Shown: in pieces, positions 40,953-52,600 of the stretch | Layout: each line of letters starts with the position of its first letter | How positions within the stretch are numbered: position 1 is the stretch's first letter | Virus record (IMG/VR): IMGVR_UViG_3300046323_000587 | Location: 62,001-126,000 of that record | Strand: one strand, 5' to 3' | DNA length: 64,000 nucleotides | Position numbers and translations under genes: made by a program | The notes under the pieces: model-generated | Told to the model about the DNA's origin: nothing | What the model saw: the letters and a program-made list of their open reading frames with translations, nothing else | Database searches by the model: none

Positions 40953-41050
40953 TATATAAAATGATTTAATTATTCTTTAAATTATTTTTTAAATTGATTA
41001 GAGTGCAACTTAACTATTGTTCAATTATTATATATCTTAAAAAGCAATAA

Positions 41051-41126
41051 TATTTGATATGAGAAAAAATTTTTTTTAAGTAACACTAATACTTCAAAAT
41101 AAAAAAATTTTTTCTCATATCAAATA
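41051..41126. repeat. 26-bp perfect inverted repeat with 24-nt spacer
   Basis: tatttgatatgagaaaaaattttttt (41051-76) / aaaaaaattttttctcatatcaaata (41101-26). Confidence 0.88.
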
Positions 41127-41143
41127 ATTTTAACTAACAAAGA

Positions 41144-42580
41144 CTAACAAGCAACTGATACTTGACCTTGCTGGGAAAGTTGAAAATGGATTTCTGCTAA
41201 ATTTTTTCCTAATAAATTTACTTGATTACGATATTCTTTTTCAGCAGTTAAAGGATTAAGTTTAGTTAAAAATTGTAACAAAGTTTCAGGTTTCTTTTGT
41301 TCTGCATTAATAATTAAAGTAGAAATTCCATTAAAAGGTTTTGTAAAAGTAATTGGTGAAGTATCTAATAAAATTGAATATTCTTTGTTAATGTTTGCAA
41401 CATCTTTTAATGCTTGTGCATAACTATTCTTTAATGTCTTAAATTCACCTTTAATAATTCTAACAGATTTTAATTTCTTTAATTTAGAAATTATTTCTTC
41501 ACTATAATTATTCAATTGTAAAAGAGTTGTTGCAGGTTTTTTTTTATTCTGTGGTAATTTTTTTAATAATTCTTCTATTGGTGAAGATTTACTTAATATT
41601 TTTGTAGGTTTAAATAAATTAAATTCAAATACTTTATTTGTACCAATTACTTTAAAATATTGATTAGTATCTTTTGTAAATATCTCTAATTGAGGATAAT
41701 ATTGAATCAAATCATTTATAACACCACTTCTATAAGAAAAATATTCAGGATTAGTTAATAAAATTGATTCATCTAATAATCTTAATAAATAAGGCAAAAC
41801 ATTAATATTATTTTTGATATCTTGTTTTTCACCTTCTAACGAGTACTTGTTAATCAATAAATCTGTAATAATTTTAGTAGACTCACTCAATTCAATTATT
41901 GTTTTATTGTTTTGTATTAAATGATCTCTATAATCAATAAAAGGTATGTTCAAAGATTCTCTAATTCCATTAAATAATACACCTGATTGATTAGAACGTA
42001 TATTCTTTGATTTTAATAAATCTAATATTGCTTGATGATATGGATTAGCTTTTAATACAACAGAGTTACCTTTTAATAAATTATAATAAAGTTTTCTATT
42101 TAATATTGAAAGTGCCTCAACATCATTTAAGTTAGAATCTTTTTTGAGTTGTTCTAAATCTAATATAACTTCACCAGAGTAATTATTATTAATCCAATTA
42201 TTAAAATCATTTTCATTATTTACACAACAAACAACAAGATTTGGTGTATTTGAACTATTTATTGTAATAGGAAATAAAGAATTTATATGAGGTTCATAAT
42301 TTTCATCTAAATTCAATCCTTCAAGTGATAATTCTAATAGATTTATATCATTACGAAACTTCTTTTTAAATGTATCTTTTTGAGAATTGGATAATTCTTT
42401 ATTAAACTTTAATTTTTGTAATAATTCAAAATTACCTAATTCATTTTGTTTAAAAGAAGAACTTAAATCTAAATAATATTCTAAAGCTTTCTTTTCATCT
42501 TGATTAAAATGAGATAATAAGTCCTTAAATAATAAAGACTTATTACCATTTATTGCTAATATTTCAGAAGTACAATTCAT
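41144..42580 (-). CDS. Putative virion cargo protein; N-domain similar to that of 35478..40952
   Basis: 478 aa; MNC...NGNKSLLF..L...YYL...F...GNF...LDENYEP; ends VAC. Confidence 0.65.
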   Translation of the reverse strand: MNCTSEILAINGNKSLLFKDLLSHFNQDEKKALEYYLDLSSSFKQNELGNFELLQKLKFNKELSNSQKDTFKKKFRNDINLLELSLEGLNLDENYEPHINSLFPITINSSNTPNLVVCCVNNENDFNNWINNNYSGEVILDLEQLKKDSNLNDVEALSILNRKLYYNLLKGNSVVLKANPYHQAILDLLKSKNIRSNQSGVLFNGIRESLNIPFIDYRDHLIQNNKTIIELSESTKIITDLLINKYSLEGEKQDIKNNINVLPYLLRLLDESILLTNPEYFSYRSGVINDLIQYYPQLEIFTKDTNQYFKVIGTNKVFEFNLFKPTKILSKSSPIEELLKKLPQNKKKPATTLLQLNNYSEEIISKLKKLKSVRIIKGEFKTLKNSYAQALKDVANINKEYSILLDTSPITFTKPFNGISTLIINAEQKKPETLLQFLTKLNPLTAEKEYRNQVNLLGKNLAEIHFQLSQQGQVSVAC

Positions 42581-42613
42581 TATATTTTATTGTAATTTAA
42601 TTATTAAAATGTA

Positions 42614-45600
42614 TTAAAAACAATTGTTTGTTATTCTATCTAATTCAATTAGTTTCTCCATTGATTTTTCAATAGTTTTTTTATTGAAAGTGTGAATAGG
42701 TTTAGTTTTTAAACTATTTAAGTCTACTTTAATACCAGAATCTCCTATTAAATCTAATAGTGTATATAAATCCATTGATTTAATTGTTTTATTGTTTAGT
42801 TCTAGTTTTGAAATATTTTGTTTAGGAAAAATATAAGAGAAAATTTTTTTAATTTCATCAAAGAATTTATTCACTATTTGATTAAATCTAGTAAAGAAAT
42901 TAGTTTGATTAGAATCTACATAAACTTTTGCTGTATTTTCACCTATTAATGTAGCAAATACTTCCTCTCCTAATAGCTCTGGTGATAAATTTTTATAGTT
43001 TGGTAAAATATCTTTTATAATATCAGTTCTTTCCAAAGATAAATTAATTATTTGTTGATACAATTCAGGATTTTGATTTTTAATTAAGTTTAATAAAATA
43101 TGTGTAATCTCGTGTGCAGGTGTTTCAAGATTTAATTTATTTGTATTAAGATATACAACATTATCATCAACCCAACCGTGCCAATTAACTCTCTCATCAT
43201 TAAATGTTTTTCTAATATAAGATTTATCAACAAATTGAATATCTAAACCAGGAATTAATGGTTGTAGCTTTTCAATGAATTGTTTCATTATATACATTTC
43301 AGTAGAAAAATCAGAAGTACGAGATTGCTTTTGGAATGGTATTTCAAGTGTTCGTAACACGCCTTTTGTATTTTTTGGTATTATTGAATATTCTGAATAA
43401 GTTTTCGAGATAGTTTCAAATTCTATATCCAACTTTCTATCAATCAATATATAAGGAACTTCTGTTGTAAACTCTACATTTAAATCAAAATTTTGATCCA
43501 TAATCTCTATTTCAGGATTAGTTTTAGCTAATTCTATATTTGCTTTTTCTTCTTCTGATAAATTAGTTAAATCAATATTATTTAATATACGAAGTTTTTC
43601 AGCTTGATAATCATCTTCTAAGTCTACTTCTTCCTCTACATTAACATTACTAACAACTTCTTCAATAGGCGTAACTTGTTCAACTACTTTTGGTACCTCA
43701 ATTAATTGCTCTTTTAAAGTTTCTTTTGTACGATTCTCTAGTGTAGATTTAGATTTCATTACTTGTCTAGCAAATTCACCAACCTCAATAAATTCAAATT
43801 GTCCAGTTTTATAAGGGTCTATTCTATTATTTAAAGTAATTAATACTTGTTCTTTTAAATCACTATTTGTAGGTAATAATACTCCTTCTTTTGGTAATAT
43901 TAATTGTCCTCCATACTGTTTAGAAGCTTGTTGAAATTTGTTTATATCTTCTATTGAAGTAAAACTAATTACATTAGGAAACTTACTTTTTTGAGTAGCA
44001 TTACTTATATATAAGTTATTTAAAGCAGAAGATTTTCTTTCAATTTCAAGTTTTGGCTTATTTGAAATAATATATTTATCGTCTAATGAAGTTGATTTAG
44101 GATTAACAGCAATACTATAAAGAGTTGAAGGTAATTGTGACATTAACTTTCCTATTTCTTTTGCAGACCTTCCTGTATTCATATCTTCTTCACTTAATAT
44201 AGGTACATTAGTTTTAATATCATTAGTAGTTTCTTCTATAACAGAATTTGCGTCAAATATATTAATACTTCTTTTATCTAATTCAGAATTAATTTTTTCT
44301 AGCTCAATTTTAGCTTGTTTAAAAGAAGCATTTGAATTAGAAATATTCTTCTTAGACATAACTTCTGAAATATCAGTCAATACAACTAAATGATCAACAG
44401 TTCTACTATAAGCAACATATAGAAGTTTTAATTTTTCAAATAAATTTTTATTAGTTGCAATATTTTTCTCTGAAACAAAGTTGTTTAAATAAGAAGAACC
44501 TTGAGCTGAATGTGCAGTTATGTTATACCCATAAAATGTATCTATGAAATTATAATGTTCTAAAACTTCATAATAAAGTTTACCATTATCAGTCTCATAA
44601 ACAAATTCTATGAAACTATTTACATTTCTTAAATTTTTGTTTACAGGGATTCTGAATATAGCTTTCTCTCCTAATTCAGTTGTAACTTCAAATTCATATA
44701 AAGGCATTGTATCCAAATCAGGTGTCAGATATTTTAATGTTGTAGGAACTTCAACAATTCTAGGAATAGAACTAATAATAACTCTTTGTTCTTTAACTAG
44801 ATTTAAAATAGGTGGCTTATTTGTTATTTCATCTTTTAAAGGATAAAAATCTTTTTGATTTAATATCAACAATTCACCAACATTAAAATCCTCTTTATTT
44901 GCACCAAAGATTCTCTTTCTTATTTCTTTTGTTATTCTAATATTGTTTAAGTGTTTACTATTATTATAACCAATCATAGCAACACTTCTTAGATTAATAT
45001 TTAATTTAATATTTCCTTTACTATCAAATACTTCTTGTTTATATAGTTTTACATAATCCTCAATAAAAGTATTTTCATCTTCTGAGAATAAATAAGTAAT
45101 ATTAGGTGTGTTTTGTTTTTTATTCAATAAAGCAGTTAATTCTTTTCGAACTAATTGTACAGTATCTTCTTGTGGGGAACCATTCACTGTTATTTGCATA
45201 GGTAATTTATACAATAGAATATGATTCAATCTTATTGTAAGAGCCTTAAAAGATTCTGCTGCTTTAAATAAGTCATCATATTTAGCTCTCATATTAATAG
45301 TTAATTCACTATATCTCTTTTCTACATTGTTATCACCAGATAATTTAGATATTTGATATTTATGATAAATTGAATCAATGATTTTATTATCTTGTTTTAT
45401 AGACATTCCCTCAACTTCAATTTCTTTTCCACTAGGTGAAGGTAATTGAGCAAAATCTCCTACAAATAATAGTTTAGGTATCTTATATTTATCATATTTT
45501 TCAGCTAATAAATTTAATCTTTCTTGAATTAAATCAAATAGTTGATTATTAGCTAAACTTAGTTCATCTATAATAATATATTTATATCCAGATAATTTTT

Positions 45601-48600
45601 TATAGAAAGCAGCTTCTCCATAAGTTATATTTTTTAATGTAGATGCTTTACCTTCTTCATAAACTAAACCAAATAAATCGTGAACAGTTACAGCTGGATC
45701 TAAGTTTAATTTAGAATCTCTTGAAACTTTATATTGCTCATTAGCTAAACTTATCTCTCCCACAGCTTTATTAGAAGTTGCATAAATACCTACTGTAGTG
45801 CCAGATATACCTAAAGTAAAGTTTTCTTCATTTGCAAGATTGTCTAATAATCTATTAATTAAATAAGTTTTACCAGTTCCGGCACCACCAGATAAGAACC
45901 AAACATTATTAAGATTGTAGAGATCTTCAATTTTATTAACACTTGAAGGACTTTTAAAGAACTTCTCAATTTCATTTGAAGCATTCTGTTGATCTTTATT
46001 CAAACCATTATTTAATAGTGGTTCTTCAACAACATTTTGAGATTTTTTTAATGCTTGTTCTGTATTATACTTTTTCACTAATAAATTACCTATTTCAGTT
46101 TCAGATAATTGTTTCTCTTGATTCTTAGCTGCCATTTTATCTTTAATAGCTTGAATACGTTCTTGTTTACTTAATACTTGTGAGTAGATTCTATTGAAAG
46201 GTTTAAATGGTGTAGTTACATCTTTTAATGCTGAATATAAATCTTTTAAAGTAGATTTTTCATTTAATATAATAGTTTTATCAGAAGTTGAAGAAACTAA
46301 TTGTGATAACCAATAGAAAAATTCTTTTGATTGTGTAGAGTTTGGATTAGATTGAATTTGTTGTGATAAAGATTCTATTGAGTTTGATTGAGTTGATATA
46401 AATTGTTGAAATTTTTGTATAGTTTCTGGCGAATTAAGAATTGTTACTTGGTTTTCATTTTCTACTATTATTTCATTATTATTTAATAAAAATCCATCAT
46501 ACTCATTAACATTGATATTACTTCTTTTTTCATCATATTCTAAATAAAGTTTTAGTTGTTCTTTATCAAAATATTCTAAACTTTTACTTTGGTTATATGA
46601 TAAGTTTTTAGAATCTAATATGTTTTTAACATTTACAACAACAGGTAAAACTACCATTAAATTTTCAATTTCATCTCCTACTTTTTTATACATATCAGAA
46701 GCAGAAAAATAACCTTGATTTGTAGCTGAATAATCCATAGCTAGTTGGAAATCAATAGAAGTGTGAATTGCTTTAGTTTTACTTTTTGTACCTTTTTTAG
46801 TAGTTTTACTTTTATCAAATTTATCAAATTTTGTATCCGTTCCGTGAAATAACACTTCTTTAACTTTACTATCAGGATAAATACTATTCAAAAATTCTTG
46901 TACCTTACTATCACTAGCAACAGCATAAACAGGTTCAAGTTGTTTTAATTCTTGAATATTACCTCGTTGTTGCTCAGTTAATTCTTCTCTAACTTGACTA
47001 ATACTATCAAATTTATCTTTATCTAAGTAATATAACTTTTGAACAAATCCGTGAGGAATATCTGACAACTTAACATCAGAATGTAACCCTTTATTATATA
47101 TTTCATCAGCTCTATTATTAATAGCAGTTATTAATTCTAATCCTTGTAAGTCACTATTAAGAAATTCTTTTTCAGCTATTTGATAAGATTCTTCTTTTGA
47201 TAATTTTAATACATCTAATTTAGGTGATAATATTAATTCATTATTCTTCAAAGCTGATTTTAAATCAATAGTTCCTTTACCATAAGATACAAATCTAGCT
47301 AAATCTTTAATAGTTGTAAGAGGTGAAATTTCTTTAATATCAATATTTTTCTTTTTAAATATAGCTTTTAAAGCAATTGACATTTCATTAAAGAATCTTT
47401 TAATAGCTGCAATTAATCCTTTATTTTTTTTAAAATCCAACTCTTCTTTAATGTATTTATCAATAGAGTGAGCAATCAATTCGTGTTCAAATTCTATTTT
47501 ATCTGCATTAGAATAATCTTCTTTAATTTTATCTACAAGTGATTTATCTTTAATAGCTTCTGTAACAAGATTACTATATAATTCTGGATTTTGTATTCTA
47601 GCAACTTCAATAAATGGATGTGAAAATGCTTCGTGAACAGTTGAATCAATTGTAGCTTGATTTTCTATTAGATAAGCTGTTTGAGTATCAAAATCAAAGA
47701 ATCCTTTTGAATTAGGTCTAGTAAATTGAGTTTCTGCTTCTTGTTCAGTAATAAATTTAGTTGGAATATTAAAACGAGATTCTAATTCAGTTGTTATTGG
47801 TTGTAGAGAATCTGTAATTACTTCTATCGATTGATTAGAGTTCTTATTTTGTCTATACACTCTTGAAGATTTGCTAGAAGATTCATCAAAAGAAAAATAT
47901 CTAAATCCTTTATTAGTAAATTTATATTTATCTTTTTTAAATGGTATAAAATATATTAAATCATTTAAATCTTTACTTCTACCCATATTAAGCTTTGCTT
48001 CAAAAATTTGTTTCCAGTCTTTCCAATAATTATCAAATATTTCTGGATAATTTCCTTCATCAGTTCTTAAAAAAAAGTCTAGGATATATTGTTTCTTTTT
48101 ACCTGTTTTTGTATCTATTTCAGTAGGGTGTTCTACATATCCTGTAATAGTTATACTTTCAGCATTTTTATGATCTTTTCCAATAAAAGCAGTTGTAAGT
48201 TTCCAACTAGGGAACATATTGCTAATATTACTATACCAAGATTGATTTTTTAAAAAAGGTATTATTTCTTTTAAAAATACTTCTTGACTTCTTGTCTGCA
48301 TTAATTCTAAACCTCTAGTTTTTGCCCAGTATCTAAACTCTTTATGATTTTGTTCTTTTTCGAATTGATTTAAAGTAATTACTCCGTCTATATCGTGTAA
48401 ATCTTCTGATATAGATCTTACTAATCTACCATATTTTCTAATTACTTGTGAACCAGATAATTTATAATCTACAAAAGGGTTATTAAATAAATCAGTAATA
48501 ATTTTTTTTGCAAAAGGATCTTTATCTAATGTTTTTTGATATTCTTTAGGTTCTAGATCACCTCCTTTAAAATCTGAAAATGTGCCGTCTGTATTTTGAA

Positions 48601-49642
48601 AATAGTTTCGTATAAATTTAGTATAATCTTTTTTATACACATCATCAACTATATCTAAGACTATATCTTTTAATTGCGACTCTGTGTAAGTATTTACAGC
48701 AACGTTATCAAATATATTTTCATTAATCCAATTCCAAATCTTAGCATAAATTTTCTTTATCCAATTTTGCTCATATTTGTTTTTATATCCTTTAGATTCA
48801 AAATAAGCCTTATCTAAATCTGGATTTTTACGCTTTTCTCCTATGTATTTATTATTATATCCTTCTAAAATAGCGTCAGAAATAAATTCTATTATAACTT
48901 GTTTATGAGCAAAAACATTAAAAGATTCAGATTGTCCGTACTCAATATCTTCAGATTGTTCTTCATATCCTTTTTTATAATCATAAGTATCATATTTATC
49001 ATAGATCTCTTTATATTTACTCCAAGTTTTAATATTTTTCCATATCTCTATACCTAGAAGAGATTTTTTACCTAAAAAAGTGTAAATAATGTTTGCTGTT
49101 TGTTTAGCTAAAACTTTATCGCCTATATTAGATTTTAAAGCTAAAAATTTTTGTAGTACGTCAAACGCAGCCAAAGTATTTCCAGAATTAAATTCTAAAT
49201 TATTTAATAATTCATCAGCATTTGTATCTACTTCTATATTTAGTCCTTTGATAAAGTCAATTAACTTATTTTCTAATTTACTATCAAATTCTTCTTTTTT
49301 AGAAAGTTCTTTTACTTCATTTGAATTAATAATTTGATTCCACTCTTCTTCACTAGCAATTCTAAAATCAATACTTAAATTACCCAAAGTCTCATAGACA
49401 ATAGGTAATTGAGCAATAGAAAGAAATTTATCAATATCTCCTTCGTATTTATTATAAATATTATAAGCAACATAAACTGCTTTTAATTTATCTGGTTCAA
49501 TAGATAAGATTTTTTTGAATTTATCTTTATCTAACATTAATAAATTAAATTCTTCTTCTGATAATCCTTCTTGATTTTGATTATAAAGAAGTTTATTGAA
49601 ATCTAATTTTACTGATGGATTTTTAAAATTTGGACAAAACAT
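42614..49642 (-). CDS. Large polyvalent protein: nucleotidyltransferase-like, zincin, ADP-ribosyltransferase-like, SF1 helicase, zincin
   Basis: 2342 aa; LSGS...DLHDIDG; HEAFSH; FHGT...FD.FD...YDG...E; GGAGTGKT, IIDE, GDFAQL, TAHSAQGS, YVAYSR; HEITH. Confidence 0.78.
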   Translation of the reverse strand: MFCPNFKNPSVKLDFNKLLYNQNQEGLSEEEFNLLMLDKDKFKKILSIEPDKLKAVYVAYNIYNKYEGDIDKFLSIAQLPIVYETLGNLSIDFRIASEEEWNQIINSNEVKELSKKEEFDSKLENKLIDFIKGLNIEVDTNADELLNNLEFNSGNTLAAFDVLQKFLALKSNIGDKVLAKQTANIIYTFLGKKSLLGIEIWKNIKTWSKYKEIYDKYDTYDYKKGYEEQSEDIEYGQSESFNVFAHKQVIIEFISDAILEGYNNKYIGEKRKNPDLDKAYFESKGYKNKYEQNWIKKIYAKIWNWINENIFDNVAVNTYTESQLKDIVLDIVDDVYKKDYTKFIRNYFQNTDGTFSDFKGGDLEPKEYQKTLDKDPFAKKIITDLFNNPFVDYKLSGSQVIRKYGRLVRSISEDLHDIDGVITLNQFEKEQNHKEFRYWAKTRGLELMQTRSQEVFLKEIIPFLKNQSWYSNISNMFPSWKLTTAFIGKDHKNAESITITGYVEHPTEIDTKTGKKKQYILDFFLRTDEGNYPEIFDNYWKDWKQIFEAKLNMGRSKDLNDLIYFIPFKKDKYKFTNKGFRYFSFDESSSKSSRVYRQNKNSNQSIEVITDSLQPITTELESRFNIPTKFITEQEAETQFTRPNSKGFFDFDTQTAYLIENQATIDSTVHEAFSHPFIEVARIQNPELYSNLVTEAIKDKSLVDKIKEDYSNADKIEFEHELIAHSIDKYIKEELDFKKNKGLIAAIKRFFNEMSIALKAIFKKKNIDIKEISPLTTIKDLARFVSYGKGTIDLKSALKNNELILSPKLDVLKLSKEESYQIAEKEFLNSDLQGLELITAINNRADEIYNKGLHSDVKLSDIPHGFVQKLYYLDKDKFDSISQVREELTEQQRGNIQELKQLEPVYAVASDSKVQEFLNSIYPDSKVKEVLFHGTDTKFDKFDKSKTTKKGTKSKTKAIHTSIDFQLAMDYSATNQGYFSASDMYKKVGDEIENLMVVLPVVVNVKNILDSKNLSYNQSKSLEYFDKEQLKLYLEYDEKRSNINVNEYDGFLLNNNEIIVENENQVTILNSPETIQKFQQFISTQSNSIESLSQQIQSNPNSTQSKEFFYWLSQLVSSTSDKTIILNEKSTLKDLYSALKDVTTPFKPFNRIYSQVLSKQERIQAIKDKMAAKNQEKQLSETEIGNLLVKKYNTEQALKKSQNVVEEPLLNNGLNKDQQNASNEIEKFFKSPSSVNKIEDLYNLNNVWFLSGGAGTGKTYLINRLLDNLANEENFTLGISGTTVGIYATSNKAVGEISLANEQYKVSRDSKLNLDPAVTVHDLFGLVYEEGKASTLKNITYGEAAFYKKLSGYKYIIIDELSLANNQLFDLIQERLNLLAEKYDKYKIPKLLFVGDFAQLPSPSGKEIEVEGMSIKQDNKIIDSIYHKYQISKLSGDNNVEKRYSELTINMRAKYDDLFKAAESFKALTIRLNHILLYKLPMQITVNGSPQEDTVQLVRKELTALLNKKQNTPNITYLFSEDENTFIEDYVKLYKQEVFDSKGNIKLNINLRSVAMIGYNNSKHLNNIRITKEIRKRIFGANKEDFNVGELLILNQKDFYPLKDEITNKPPILNLVKEQRVIISSIPRIVEVPTTLKYLTPDLDTMPLYEFEVTTELGEKAIFRIPVNKNLRNVNSFIEFVYETDNGKLYYEVLEHYNFIDTFYGYNITAHSAQGSSYLNNFVSEKNIATNKNLFEKLKLLYVAYSRTVDHLVVLTDISEVMSKKNISNSNASFKQAKIELEKINSELDKRSINIFDANSVIEETTNDIKTNVPILSEEDMNTGRSAKEIGKLMSQLPSTLYSIAVNPKSTSLDDKYIISNKPKLEIERKSSALNNLYISNATQKSKFPNVISFTSIEDINKFQQASKQYGGQLILPKEGVLLPTNSDLKEQVLITLNNRIDPYKTGQFEFIEVGEFARQVMKSKSTLENRTKETLKEQLIEVPKVVEQVTPIEEVVSNVNVEEEVDLEDDYQAEKLRILNNIDLTNLSEEEKANIELAKTNPEIEIMDQNFDLNVEFTTEVPYILIDRKLDIEFETISKTYSEYSIIPKNTKGVLRTLEIPFQKQSRTSDFSTEMYIMKQFIEKLQPLIPGLDIQFVDKSYIRKTFNDERVNWHGWVDDNVVYLNTNKLNLETPAHEITHILLNLIKNQNPELYQQIINLSLERTDIIKDILPNYKNLSPELLGEEVFATLIGENTAKVYVDSNQTNFFTRFNQIVNKFFDEIKKIFSYIFPKQNISKLELNNKTIKSMDLYTLLDLIGDSGIKVDLNSLKTKPIHTFNKKTIEKSMEKLIELDRITNNCF

Positions 49643-49661
49643 ATATTACTTTGGTTTTATA

Positions 49662-52600
49662 TTATATCATTGGTGGAAACATTCTAACAACTTCACTAGA
49701 AGACTTACTACCTAAACAAACTTCAAAAATATCTTCAGCAAAATCATTCAGCAAAAGTTTATTTTTATTTATATCTGAAATAATATTTTTTGTGTCTTCT
49801 GAGACAGGTTTTTCATTTAGGTTATCCCAAGCTTCAAAATGAGTTTTTAATTTATCTAATAATTCACTATTCAGATTACTCATTTGTAAATCTATTGATA
49901 AATCCTCGTCTATTTGACTTAGATAACTTAAAAAATTTAAATACTCTAAACTTTCTTCTGTTGATACAGGAAAAACTTTTTTCTCAAAATCTGTTGGATC
50001 TTCGTCATCTGAAATATATTCTTTACTATTATTTTTATTTATTTTTTGTTCAGTTAATTTTATTTTATTTGTTATAGATTCAATAGATGTATTTGATTGT
50101 GAAAGGTTTTTATTTTTTTTTAATTTAAAAGTATTTATAATATTAGATAATTGATCTTTACTTAACTCATATAAATTAGGGTTATTTTTTATTATCTTTG
50201 AACTCTCTTCTTTAATATAAGCAATCACACTATTAACTTCTGATTCACTATTTCCAATAACTTCCATAGAATTATCATCATTTAACTCCACACCATCAGC
50301 TATAAACTTCTTATTATCATAAGTAACTTTACTTAAAGTAATTGGTATTCTAGTGATAAACATTCCATTTTGTGAGATAATTGAAGTTGAGAATGAAGAT
50401 ATTTTATTTGAAGTAATAGAGTCTGTTGGTTGATTTTCATTGTATTCAATACTTATAATTTTATTTCCTGTGTGAGATTTATTTCCATATTGTTTTCCGT
50501 CTTTAACTAACCATTCAAATGTATACAAGCCTAATTTAGGAAAATTAGAAAAATCTTCTGTATTTAATATTGCTCCATAACCCAATTGCTTACTTATCAA
50601 TTCTTGAGTATTAATTTGTGAATACAATATGTCCCATTTATCTGCTGTTAGAATTTTAGGTATATTATTATTTTCAATAAATCCGTCTGGTAAAATTAGT
50701 AATATAACATTATTTAAATTTGTGTTCTGTAATTCTGTATTGTTATCAATTCTAGTATATGTACCATCTAAATTTTTATGTAATAGTGTTATTTTAGTAG
50801 GGTGTCCGCCCGATAAATTAGCACTTTGAAAATGGTACATAGCTTTACCTGTTTGTGAGGATTCATTGTAGAATAGCATTATATCTGTGGGATCTTTTAA
50901 CCCTTCCGCAACTCCGTCTACTGTTTTAAATCTTTGATATCTATTATCAGGCAACAAAGTATATATAGAACCTCTTTCTGTAATAAAAGATTTTACTTTT
51001 GGAATTGATTCTGTAATATTTTCAGGTTTTGTTATTGTTTGATTAACTGGTTCAGTTGTAATTGATTTATTATTATTCAATATCTCATCTAATTTCTTTT
51101 TCCAATTAGGTTTTGACATATTGATAGTAGGTATTCTTTTTCTTCTAGCCATTTCAACAGCTTGTCCTGTACCTCCAGCAACTCTTAAAGGATTAGAAGT
51201 TTCTTTAGCATAGAATAAAACAAAATCAACAGGTGTATCTAAATTTTCTCCAAATATTTGATTAGTATTTCTAGCCATAAGTTTTTTAGCTCCTTCTGTT
51301 AATTTATCAGGGGCAGGATGTATTTCTTCCATTACAGTCAATTCTTTTTTACCTACAGGTGCATTTACACCAAATAAATTCTTTTTAGTAGTTCCTAAAG
51401 AAAAAGCTCTATCTGCACCTTCTTCATCTAGTCCAACTTTTCCATTATTTTTCTTAGAAAAAGCTAATCTTTCCTCATATTGTTTTTGATATTTTGGATC
51501 GTTACTTGGTCTAGCAATAAAAGTTTTACCAGTGTTTAACGTATAACCTAAACTTTCTAAATATTTAGCTGCTTCTGTCATTAAATTTAATACATCTTCT
51601 GGGGTTTCTCTACTACCAATTCCTGCATAAGTCATAGTAGGTTTGTCTAATTTTGCAGGTAAAGAATTGAATATAGGTTTATTGCTATTATCCATTTTAA
51701 CTGATTCAGTTGAATTATCTTTATCAGATTGATTTGTAACAGAAGAAGTTTGAGTTGATTGTAGAGGTTGTACAGAATCTAACAATTGCTTTTCATTTAC
51801 ACTGTCTACTTTCTTACCTTGAACCTTTCTAAGTGTCCACACAACTCTGTAATCTTTTGTTTTAACTTTACCATTAAAACCTTTATCAATAGTCAATTCA
51901 GGAAACCCTTTTGGCATATCAAATTTATCTGTTTCTTTATCAAATACAATTTCGTGAAACACATTTCTATTTTCATTTGAAAACACCAGCAAAGCTCCAT
52001 TAGATAAGATAAATTCTTCTCTTTTTTCTATTGAATCTGCTAACACCTGTAATGTATTTTTTCCTGTTTTATCAGAAACTTTAATTCCTTTTGATTCAAG
52101 TAAATCACTGTATTTTATAAGATTACTAGGAGTTAATTGTCCGTAAACTATAGTTTCATTTCCTAATTTATTTTTACTCCTTGATAATTCAGGAGCTAAT
52201 TTATTTGCTATTAGTAAATTAGATATAGTATTTAATCTTATTTCATATTGATTTTTAAATCCAGTACCAAAATTAAAATTGTTTGAGTCTTTTAATTGAT
52301 AAGTAATAAATTTCATAGGTCTTCCTGCTGATATAGTGATGATAGGAGAAGTATTAAATTCAGTGTTATCTTGGTGGATTACAAGACTTCCTTTATCATT
52401 TTTATCGTATACAGAATTATAACTTGCATCATATTCACTGATATCTATACCTCTATTTGCTAATTCAGTTATTATTTCTGTAGGTATATCAGGTAAAGTA
52501 TTTCCATTTTTATCAATTGATGTATATACATATAAAGGAAAATTAGGTATAGACTTAGGGTCTTTACCAGACAATAATTGAGATTTCATTAATTCTGTGA

